The notes beneath the pieces were generated by a model. The model searched no databases, was not told the DNA's origin, and was given only the letters and a program-made list of their open reading frames with translations. The translations under genes were made by a program, and so were the position numbers. DNA of 64,000 bases from Lingula anatina (Eukaryota; Animalia; Brachiopoda), in contig CM120642.1 in the NCBI GenBank assembly GCA_051362555.1, positions 2,480,001 through 2,544,000 on the forward strand, in the 5' to 3' direction. Of the stretch, positions 25,801 through 37,400 are shown one piece after another; within the stretch, counting starts at the first letter, position 1, and each line of letters begins with the position of its first letter.

Positions 25801-28800
25801 ATGGAGCGTCCTTCAGCCAAGGACTTGATAAAAGGATTTGAGAGCGGCGGAGTCAAAGGGAAAAAGCTTCACGTGCTGATCGTGTACGCGCACCAAGAAC
25901 CCAAATCCTTCAACGGGGCTTTGAAAGATGTCGCCGTGGAGGTCTTACGTGAATTAGGACACACTGTGGAGATATCGGACTTGTACGCCCAGAACTTCAA
26001 CCCTCTTTGTTCAAGAAACGACATCAAAGGTTAGGACCCCTTTTCAATCCTTTTCGTGTTTTATATTTTGTTTAAAAGTTTATCCCATTGTAACAGTGTG
26101 GTTTATTCCTTTTTAGTGAAAAAGGAAGTTTTAATGAATTAATACGTTTACATAAGCTATCCCCACCCCTGTTAGAAACCGCTCTAAACACGATTTCAGT
26201 TTTGATATCTATTCCCTATCTAAGAAGTCAAAAAGATAACTGGATAGAAAACCTTTTATTGAGTAGAGTAACCAATCTGTTGCTGACAAACATAGAAGAA
26301 TTTATTACAAAGTTATCACAGGTTGTGTAGGTACTTGTAAATAGAAATTATATGTTGAACGCTATAAATAGTTTTAGACGCAGGCAAATCAGATTATAAG
26401 GTTCTTCCCCCTCCCTACATGTACATCCTGCAGCTTCAATGCAGATATGCTGAGCGAAACGACATCCCGGCACCCGCAGAAACGTTTCTCTTCACCCGCA
26501 ACTTCGCCTCACCTTGGATTATCATGATCTTGAGCTGTTATAGTCTCGATTGAAATTAATTCAATAATGCTAATTTGTGGTAAAGAAAAGTACTTAACTT
26601 CTGTAATTAACTTGTTTTCGTTTTAATTTTTAGGGGAACTACTAAATCCCAACCACTTCAATTACAGCCAAGAGACACAAAATACTTATAAGAATAGTTC
26701 TCTCCCCGAGGACATTGTCTCTGAACAAGAAAAGCTTAATAGAGCTGATTTGGTCATTTTCCAATTCCCAATGTATTGGATGTCCTTCCCGGCTATCCTG
26801 AAGGGCTGGTTTGACCGGGTGTTTACCTTGGGATATGCATTTACATTAGAAGCAATGTGTGATGAAGGTCTTCTTAAAGTGAGTACAAATTACAGTCATT
26901 AACATCGCAATACAACAGTCAAAGTACTGACGACGGTCTGGAGGAACATACAAATGTATTTGGGACAAATTGTGCATGTGTAATCTTTACCAATTACCCT
27001 GCTATTGTGTTAACGCGTAACCTCCCGTTTGTTTTCACTTTTTTTATCTCAAGGTACAAATCTTAAGGTCAGGCAACGCAGACGTCGTAAAACTGCACTA
27101 TTGCGTGACCCGTCTTCACAGAAGTCACCCTGGCAGTGACCGTATTTAGCCGGCTTCCGACATGCGTTAACCACAGGGAGGAATCCAGCGTTATCATTAT
27201 ATATAAGACCGTAGTCAGCAATTTTTAATGCGGTTCTATTTCTGAAAAAGTGGACCTTGCTTCATAAAACGTGTACCTAGATCAAATTTCACACAGAGTG
27301 GACCTTTTCTTGTAAAAAAGGACGGTTTTTTTCGAACCCTCCAAGCTCAACCTCTCTTCGGGCCTGAATTTTTATGATAATTCGTTTGTTCGTAATATTT
27401 CCCGTGAGGACTAATTTTGGAACCGAGTCTTCCGAAATGGTCTCATATTATTATCCCCTCAATCCTCAAATGCATTTTTTAGCTCCATATGGCCATCACA
27501 CCCCGTCATGTGTATCCCTTAACGCCTTTGAAAAAGGGAAAATCCTTTTAAAAGTGATTTCATCACTTAAACAGCCGTATTTTGCGTTGTATTTGCCATC
27601 ACACTGATAACATAGGCCTATTGCGTCGAAATTCTTTTATTTCTTTATTTATTTCTTAAATTCTTTACGGAATGACATGTAACCTTCTTGAATGCACTTT
27701 TCAAATTTTTTGCTTTCTGGGCTGTGTCAACCTTCTCTTCTCTCAGTCAATCAGTCGCTCTCACTTTTCTTCTACCTCGTCAGTCAAACACTTCTTTTGG
27801 TCTGTTTTCAGGGAAAGAGAGCAATGCTTTCCTTCACAACAGGCGGGCGAGAGACGGAGTTCACTGCGACAGGGATAAGAGGGGACATGGAGGTTATACT
27901 GTGGCCGATACAGGTACAATACCCAGCGGGTTTCAGGATTTACATGTGTGCTTATATACGTCAAGATACTGATACTGTTGCAGTAGAAAGATACAGACAG
28001 CACTATGAAAGTTTGCTCAATTAGAGCAATTGACAAACTTTCCTACACGTTTACAGATTAAAGTCCGGAACGCTTCGTTTACGGCATTCTTTTTTTGTTG
28101 GACAATATATGGTATTTGGATTAAATATCACATCTGCGTTGCATAATATAATGAGTCTTCTGTACCCGAGGCAATGCTTAGGAGTGGTATAGAATTTTGA
28201 GTAAATAAATTTTGTTGTGAAAATGAGTAAAAATTCCACTCGGTGTCTGAATTTGAATTTCGACGGTTACATAGTGCAACTGTTACTCTAGCATTTGTAA
28301 GTGTTCAAGTTTATTTTTGTTTTTAAGTTACCCATATTTAAGTTGCGTCCAAACACAATATATTGGTGTGATAAAAGTTTAGAAAATATACAGATATTTT
28401 CTATACATATTTGCTTATTTAGGCTCCTTTTTGTACCTGTATCGTCATTGATGTCATCACACATCTTATTATCATTCTTTTATTTCATTCTCAGTGTGGG
28501 TTGCTACATTTCTGCGGTTTGGAAGTTTTGGCCCCCAACATAGTTTACTGCCCGGATTGCCTCGACCAATCACAGCGAGAAGCTGTTCTTCAAGAATGGG
28601 CCACTAGGTTACGCCACATTATACAAGAAAAGCCATTGGATTTCATTCCCGTCGACTGTTTCAGCTCCTCCAAGGGGTTTCAGCTGAGTGACGAGTTCTT
28701 ACAGAGCAAACGCGCGACAGGGGACGTAGCACCCACGGTAGGGCAACATATGGGGAAGAGGTTTGCAGTTGGAAATATGATTCCACAAAGACTTAATACG

Positions 28801-28809
28801 AAGGACTAA
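25801..28809 (+). CDS. NQO1: NAD(P)H:quinone oxidoreductase, NQO1-like, copy B, 4 exons, ~296 aa
   Basis: Exons 25801-26029, 26634-26878, 27812-27913 and 28495-28809 (891 nt). Intron positions and motifs are the same as copy A and the frame is intact. Upstream and intronic homology to copy A shows a tandem duplication. Confidence 0.9.
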
Positions 28810-29413
28810 AAGCACTTATAACAAAGCAAATCTGGTGAAAGTTGCGCGAAAGCATAGTTAAACAATATTTTGTTGAAGCAAGCTATTTGGGGAAGGAAAG
28901 GAAATATGAATATTAGGAACCGGACTTTTGGAATATATGAATCTTCTGACCAAAAGGAAACCAAAAACTACCAATTTTAAAGATCCGTGGACAATTCAGA
29001 TTTTAGGAACTGCATAACGCATCAGATTTAAATTTAAATGTAAGGCGCATTGAGATTTTTAACTCAATATGTGAATCTATTATCATATATATATTATTGA
29101 CCATAACACTCTCCAAGTTTGAAATTCACGTTTTTTTATTTAAGATGTAATTGATTCAAAACGAAAAATTCTTTCAAATACAAATATTTCTTCAAACAAA
29201 CAATCTCGAGGATATTTCTAGAGTAAAAGATTTGAAACGAAGTAAAGACTTGCGGAGGGGGCGGATGGTTGACGCTTTAATTTGAATTAAAGTCAGGTAT
29301 GCCAAACCATAATACACAACGTATTTATTGAATTATTATTCTCGCTCTTAAGATTTCCATTTTTCAATCAAAGTCAAGTGATGGGAAAACAAAGGCACAA
29401 TCTGAATTCGCCT

Positions 29414-32400
29414 CTACAAGTCGGTATTCTCCTCTTCAGTGGACGGTAGACGGGTCACCACATTATCGGCGATTCGTTCTTGAGTTTCCTTCGGGCTCGG
29501 AGACGGACAGTGGATGATAACCTGTGGGACCTGGGGGCGACTCTGATGTCTTCTACGGACAGGTTGAACAGCGGTGCCGAACACCTCAGGAGTAGCGACT
29601 CCCAATGGTATACCTGGGCTGCCATCCGGGCTACCGCCTTCAGAACGTAGCTCGTCAGAGTGCGCATGCTCGTCAAGCGCTCTGAAACGCCGCAGAGGAG
29701 AGAGGACGAAGAAGCCATTCACTTTGCTAGGGGATAACCTATAGAGAATCAGCACAAAGATCCCCACAAGGAATAGCCCAAAGCCTGGAAAAAAAGTCAA
29801 CCAACAAAAAGTTTAAGTAACTTAATTACTAAGTTCTAATCCGCGTCTGAAAAAGAAGTCTTTACACAAGCAAACCTTTATGAATGTAACGGAGGGGGGC
29901 GTTCTTATAATTTTTTTAGTATCAACAGTATTTGCCGCAACACCAGGCACGATCTATTAGAAACAGCTAAGCTAATGTATTTAGAATTAAGATGTAAACA
30001 AGTTTGACGCGGAGTATAATCTTGTCTAGCCACATACTGAGTTCTCCTACTGCATATTACAGATGCCAGTTTGTATCTCACCTTACTGGCAAAGCGAAAA
30101 TTGTCTAAATTCCCACAAATAACTTTAAAAAAACGACCGATAGACTTAAGGGTTGGTCACACAAAGTACCTTGCACATATACTTTGCTAAAATGTACATG
30201 CACTAATAAAGATATTTGGACTTACCTGTGAAAAGATTCAACCAAAAACACCAACCGAAATCTGCGTTGCTTATCTTAAGGTCTGCGTCCCTGAAGCTGA
30301 TAACCATGGCGGAGTCTGGTTGTAAGAGAGCGTACACACCATTGGCTGCACACTGCAGGAGACCCGTAAGGACGGTCACTATTGCGCCCCGACTGGGGCA
30401 GAAACTGAACAACAAGATGGACAGTATGCACAGCGAAAACGCCGCCCTGAAATACATGACATAAAGGGTATAAGATGTCGTGTTATGATTCTGAGCCTTG
30501 GAATAGGAATAATCAAGCAGGGTAGGAAGAAATACGGTCTAAATGTTAGATATGGTGTTTTCTGACAACGCTACAAAAAGGTATAAATGTCAGCGCATCT
30601 GTCAGCTGGTTTCCAGTTAACTTTTTTAAACCATTCATTTATTTGCATTACTTTTTAGGTATTAAATTTTGATAAGATTTCACGAATACGAAGGAAGTTA
30701 TACAACATTTCTTTTCTTTTTAAAAAGGGGAAAACTACTGTACAACCTCAAATTACCACTTGGACAATGAAGCTTTTGGCATACTGTAAATTTCGGCAAT
30801 TTCCTTCATGTACATACCTTGAAGAGAACCACGACAATGACAATTCTTATCGATTGAACAAAGTAGTATAAGCTATTTTAGCCGACAGAATATCACGTGC
30901 ACAAAGTAAGAGGAAACGGACTACGGTTCCTGGCGAACTAATTTAACTAATTTTCTGCAACAAAAGATCTTACCACAGCATTATTCGCGTAAAGTAACCA
31001 GCCAATCGTACATATCTGCCCTTCCTAAGACCACCGCCATCAAGGGCTAAATACTCGGCTATGGAAATAATAGGAAGAGGCATCCCTTTTTTGAGGAAAT
31101 CTTTGAAAGTAGGTTTTAAAGCCGACTCCGCCTTCCCACCTTTGAAATACAACCAAGATTGAAAACAGAAATATCAGTAATAGAAACACATATTTTCTTT
31201 TTGATAACTGTACATTAGTATAAATTCCTCACATAATTTCTGCGTAATTCCTTGATATATATCAGGTATTTTTGATCTTTTTAATATTTATATTCGAATT
31301 TAAACATCGACGAATTGTTTACATTTAGTTGTACATCGTGAACCAACGCAACTCGACACTAAGCTCATGCATTTTACTCAATATGTCTTCTAGGATCAAA
31401 ATTATATACTTGAATAACAAAGATATTTACGTCGATTGATTCTACCTGTGTACAAAAAAATCCTCTCGTTGTAATTGATAGTGTCACCTCTTTGCTTCAC
31501 CGGATCTCCTGAAATATATGTAAAATCGCCCTTGAAAACCGTACAGATACATTTGTACAAAGCTAGAAAATATAGTATATAAATATCGTAATTCAAAATA
31601 TTGTACCTTTATAACTGAAGTAAATGACGCAGGTGGTATGCAGTTATTATGTAATATCTATTTTCAATCAAGATATAGACTGGCGATTTAAAGGAAAGAG
31701 CCACCAAAGTTGTAACTAGAAAAACTCTCCGAGAGCGCAGACCTCCGCCAAGGCAGCAATTATTTTATTATTATTGATTATTGATTGATTATTGGTCCGG
31801 ATCACCACCAAAAACTAATCATCTGTTCCTTGGCCCACTTCTGATAGTTCCTGAATTTCATCAAAATCGGTCCATAACTTTTTGAGTTATGTTGATGACA
31901 GACAAACAAACAAACAAACAAACAAACATGGGTGAAAACATAACCTCCTTGGCGGACGTATTAAATGTGATAAAGTAGACACCGAGACGTGGAAGATTAA
32001 CGGGCAGCTCGTAAATTGGAATTTCTAATCAAAAACGTTTTGCCATCAGCTTCACTCGAGCTTTGAGATTGCTATAGCACGGGAGCGTATTACGCATTCA
32101 TCCATAATATCAAATAATAAAGACCATTATTTTAAACAGTTTCCCCTTTTTCCAAAAATCATGATGCCAGATATTTCCTCGAATTCTTCATACACACCCT
32201 TTCTCAAATTGTATGTGTGTGGGAAAGTGGCGTTTGTCTCTCTTTTTTTCATCTTTACCCTGGACATTATTTCTTTCACTATATGTATCTTTTTTCTATC
32301 CTAGGTTTTCTTAAGGAGAGCGTAATGCATCCTTTCTTTGTTTGTCAATAAACGTTGTTGAATATTAACATAGCGCTCGCTATCATACAGAAGTGAGACC

Positions 32401-32976
32401 AACTTACCAACCAGTGTGATGTTCACAGATTTCAGTCCAATGTGGATCCCAATGGCGACCTTGACCTGGTCCTTGCTGTATGCTTTATAATCTGTCCGTG
32501 TTATAACTGAAGCTTCCTTCCAGCCCGTCCCATGCAAACAGACTGAAACCAAGGATTTCGGTTTGATTATATCACCATTTTATCGGATGCAATGGACTAT
32601 ACGTTTGGTGTGGATTATATTTAAAGAATGGGGCGCGATTTGACTTCTATTGTCTCAGCAAATGTGGAGTGTGACCAGAGATGAATAAAAACTAAAATAA
32701 AATATAGCTGTTTTGGAAGTAAAAGACGTACAAAGAGTTTAATGATTTTTAAAGATGTCTCTAAGAGATGACCACTAATATTATCTCAGCTAAGTCACCT
32801 GGACTTTGTATTTCATTCCCTTACTCACCCAGTATTGACGTTATGACTCCGATGCCAAATAAAACCTTCAAGGCAGTGTTCGTCCGCTGAAATGGCACTG
32901 ATACCTCACTGTTGTGTATATTTTAATAAATCATTCAAAACCGAGCGATTTTCTTTCAGTACCTGGATTCATGTAT

Positions 32977-33015
<39 letters not shown>

Positions 33016-33327
33016 TATTCATTTTTTGACATTCAAATTAATCACTTATCGATCGATGAACATTTTAATTGAAAGAAAAAAACAAAACCCTGACAGCAAA
33101 ATCCAATCTTTTTGGTTAAAAAAACCCATAGATTTCAGTTAATTGTATTCGAGCCCTAAGGCACCTACCTCTCCGTAGGATATCCCAGCCGCCGCCAACA
33201 CGAACACCGTCACCAACAGGACGCCAAGGGAGACCACCCCGTGTAACTCTATGTCCCCGGTCACCGGCGTGAACTGGGGAGAGTACAGTGCCAGACCTCG
33301 GTTGGTACGGAACAGGTCAAACCACAT
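29414..33327 (-). CDS. DUOXA: Dual oxidase maturation factor (DUOXA/NIP family), 7 coding exons, ~390 aa
   Basis: Exons 33327-33169, 32886-32829, 32542-32408, 31508-31446, 31139-30974, 30446-30226 and 29784-29414 (1173 nt). Motifs: YKAYS, IGIHIGLKSVNITLVG, TINYNE, KGMPLPIISIAEYL, GRYVRLAGYF and FGWCFWLNLFTG. There are five hydrophobic segments. Confidence 0.92.
31715..31961 (-). mobile_element. Helentron-associated (HINE/DINE-1-like) non-autonomous element
   Basis: Subterminal inverted repeats acctccgccaagg (31741) and ccttggcgga (~31947), an (AAAC)n/GACA microsatellite at ~31898-31927, and a short terminal stem-loop ctctccgagag next to CTAG. This is the typical HINE architecture. Confidence 0.65.
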
Positions 33328-34407
33328 GGTGCTTGATATCTGATGCCACTCGTCCTGTGGAGATGCTGTAAAAAGTATAAACTTTTCAAATATATGCATG
33401 ATATTTAGCCAAGAGGCCGTTTTGTGATACGACAGCAAAGTATGGCAGTTGCAAAATCATGCCCCAAACTGAGGAGAATTGCTTCAAGAAAGACCAAATT
33501 GACAAAAATCGATTCAGAGCTTATAAACTATGCAGCCATACCGTTGCTGGTCGTCCTTCAGTACTCTTCTGGGTAATGGTAATCATATCCGCACCAACCG
33601 TGGGGTCATTGACTCCGTAAGGTACCTGACTAGTGACAAGAAATCTGTTCACTCGAACCCAACGCACACGGTTACTTATTGGCTGAGATACCAACCAGGG
33701 GTCCTTATGCACTATTACCACGATGTACTGATTAATGATACACGGTACGTTTGATTCTTGTTCCACGTCCCATGGAAAAGGAACAAAATATTTACCAAAC
33801 AGAGATAATACCTGTATTATTAAAAACTTTGTTAGGTCGCTGACTTAAACCATATCTAACGATGTGCGCCAGTTTTTTTTTTTTTTTTTTTGGTTTAAAA
33901 TCTGTTCATGTTGGGCCGTTTCCAGGGAGGTTCCGTCTAACTCCTTTGAAAGTCAGAGTTATTTAAACTTGTATAAAAACATAAGACTGAACAGTGAAGG
34001 CGAAGATTTTTTGGGATGATGCGTTCTAGTGTATTCTGGTGGATATTGGTAAGTGATCAGTTATCGCACTATTCGCTTGGATACATCATTTGTCCTGCTA
34101 GTAATGAACACAAAAAGAGCATTCAGTTTTGGGCATGCTACTCCGTTTGCTCCGTTTACTACACTGAGCATGCGTACGGGCCTATACCGGTACAATGAAG
34201 AGCTATCATCATAAACCGTTTGAAAACGTATCCTGTACCTGAGTTGAAAGAAGTTCACATCATGGTTACAAGCAGCGGAGGAGTGCGCATGAGCAAAGAT
34301 TTCAATATCTGGCTATGTTGAGGAAAAGGTATTGGGCACAAGGCGGGAGCTGAAGACAGAGAGACACGGAGGGAGTGTATAGATACATCAGAATAAATAC
34401 CGTAAAC
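33328..34407. promoter_or_regulatory. Shared divergent 5' region of DUOXA and DUOX
   Basis: The start codons are only ~1.08 kb apart and face outward. Head-to-head DUOX/DUOXA pairs with a bidirectional promoter are established in vertebrates and some invertebrates. Confidence 0.65.
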
Positions 34408-37400
34408 ATGGGCAATGCAACAGGTGCCTCAGATACTTTAAGAGTCGCCGTTCTTGTAGGTGAGTGTGTACTGTTTTCTGAGACAAAAATGCATGAAAAA
34501 AAACAATTTTTATCTCACAACTGTGACACTCAATCTAGCAAATGAAATAAATGCCTTTACAGGGGCGTAACCAGACCTTTAAAAATTGTACGCACAGATT
34601 TTAAAAATTCCCAGCAAAATGTAGACTAACGCAAGAGATGAAGGACAGCGTAATTACAGCATATCAGGGCCGTAGCCTGAGCAAAATGCCAGGGGGGCAG
34701 TAAGCGGACACGAGGGGACGGAGCCCCCGAGGGGGGAGTGTGTGGGAGGGGGTTTCCCCCTCCCACGATGCGGAAAATTTTTAAAACTGTATGTATAATA
34801 CTGCATTCTGGTGCATTTTAATTATTATTATTTGCTCAATCAGAAGTCAGAAATTGTGGGTTCATTTTGCCATAAGTACAATCATTTTTTCAACACAACA
34901 CGCCAATTGTACTTCATTTCGGAGGGTGAGCATTTTGGCATGAACTGAGTTGGCTAAAAACAGTACACCTTTGTAAACATTGTTGAATGATTGTCTAGTG
35001 GCCATGAGTGCACTTTCTTACAGAATTGAAACCAACTTTGCAATTATTTTTTTACCTCTGCGATTATTATTTTTTTTTTTTGCACCTCAAATCCCAGGGG
35101 GGGGGGGAGGGGGGGCAGCTGCCCGCCCCTCCCCCCCCCCCCAGCTGCCCGCCCCTCCCCCCCCCCGAAGGATACGGCCCTGCATGTGTACCACACATCG
35201 GAGCTTAATTTCCATTAATAATAAAATCATCATTTAGTCAGAAATATTCTTGCAATTAAAAAAGTTTCAATATTCTTATTACCCAACGGTATATTTATTT
35301 AAAAGGAGGCTAGCTTTGCATATGTGGAACCCCCTTCGAAAAATCCTGGATCCACCTCTGAGTTGAACTAACATACGGTTTCATTCACCTTACATGTGGA
35401 TGCATGGTTCCCAAAACCAACCAATTGTACGACACGACAGAGCTCTGATACATCTAAGTTTAATTATTTGTTTGTAAAAATTGCCCATGTCACCCTGTTA
35501 GTTTGGAGGGGTAAGCTGGGTCAAGTCCGTGTCAAAATTCTTTGAAGTTTTGCAGGAAAAATTATTCCTTTGTTTCTCTAGCTCCTTCTTAAACCTGGTG
35601 TCCAGATTTTATCATGTGCCCCCAGGGTTGCTGGATCGAGCTGCTCTTTGAAAATAACACTCAGGCAGATTTTTACCTGAGATAAATATCGCCAGTGAGA
35701 ATGCGCTTGATATTCTGAAGAAAGATTGTACAGAAGAGTTGAGGGCCACTGAACCCTCCAATTAAGAGGTAAAGGAAGTTCCAGTTAGTTGGACGATTAA
35801 GATAGGACTTGTTAAGGTTACGGGCATTGTTAACCTCAGTTTGCAAGACGGGGAGGGGGGGGGGGGGTCAGAACAATTGTGCCAATACAATTGATACAGA
35901 GGATTTGTACATACAGGTCACTTTAATAAGCAGAGGATTTTCTTTTATATACCGTGAAAAATACACTAAATCTATATAAAATAATATCATGGTTGGCCAA
36001 AAAATTGTACGCACAGTGCATCCGTGCGTATGCCTAGTTACGCCCATGCTTTACTCGTGAGGACTCGTTTTCTTTTTGGACGGTTTGCGGTGTAGACTGG
36101 GAAAGTAAAATTATCATGAACGTGCAACATATTTGCAAAACTTTTAAAATAAAACTCTCCGAGCCACAGGATTTCTAGAGTCGAGTTTCAAACACATATG
36201 CTGTTTGTGAAGCACGCAACCAAACTTTAAAAACGCATGTGAACACTATGAACACCAAGATGGATTTATGTGTGGTACAAATACCAAAGAGTCTTTCATG
36301 ATATTTGCAATGAACAAAAATAACAAAGCCACGTGTATTACATTGTTTGTCCTTTTACTTTATAATGCAAATAGAACAAAATGTAATAATGTTATTCCTT
36401 AAAACTCCAGCTTGTTTACTATGGGGTACCTCTCTCGGCAAAGAGTCTGGGTTTTCCCCGCCCTCTTCCAGACTGGATGATATGGTGGAGTTCCAGCGAT
36501 ATGATGGCTGGTATAACAACAGGGACAACCCTAAGTGGGGAACACCAGGTATTTCTCTGACACGGTTTTTATGGGTTTTATACTATTTTCAAGTAATCAG
36601 AGGGATTTTGTTGAAGACCAGTTTTCTTGGACCATGTGGAAGTTTTACATGTCGTACATTAACGTCAGAGGCGAGATTAAATCAATAATGTGATTTTGTA
36701 CTATTTTATAAACTTCTCTTTGAAATTCATTTCATGTTGTATAAAGATCTTATATATCTTCTTATGCCGATTGAGTAGGTTGAGGTTGAGGTAGAGTTAA
36801 AGCTTCCTGAATGGTAATTTTTATCTTATCTTTAATTTTGTGCAGGCAGTACACTTGTCCGCCAACTCCCAACCGCATACGCAGACAGCTCCTACGATTA
36901 CTCGGGGCCTGATCGGCCACACCCCCGGGACATCAGCCTTGCCATGAAGGGACGCAGCGGGCTGGCCTCCTATATGAACAGGACAGTGATGTTGCCTATA
37001 TTTGGTAAGTCGGCTTAGATCGTATAGGTTCGGAGTAATTCAGCAGGGTTCGGGTAATGTCTGGTCGACTCGGCAAAGTTCGCCTTATCGATGAAAGAAT
37101 GAATCTTGCTTCACATATGCCAAGATGTTCTTTTATGGAATTTGTATCATTATGGTGTAAGGTACACATAATTTTAGATTTAAAAATGTCAGTGATTTAA
37201 AATAATCAGCCAGGTTATCTAAATAAAAAGAAAAGAAATGGCGATGTAACCAGTGTTGTCTTTATAAAATATATGATATACATGCAACACCAGGGAAATT
37301 TGGAAATATTATTCTCATATTTTTATATATTTTACTTACATTTGCGTAGGCGAGGTAATAGTGATGGAGACGATGAAATCCGTAGGTGCACACTGTCCTA

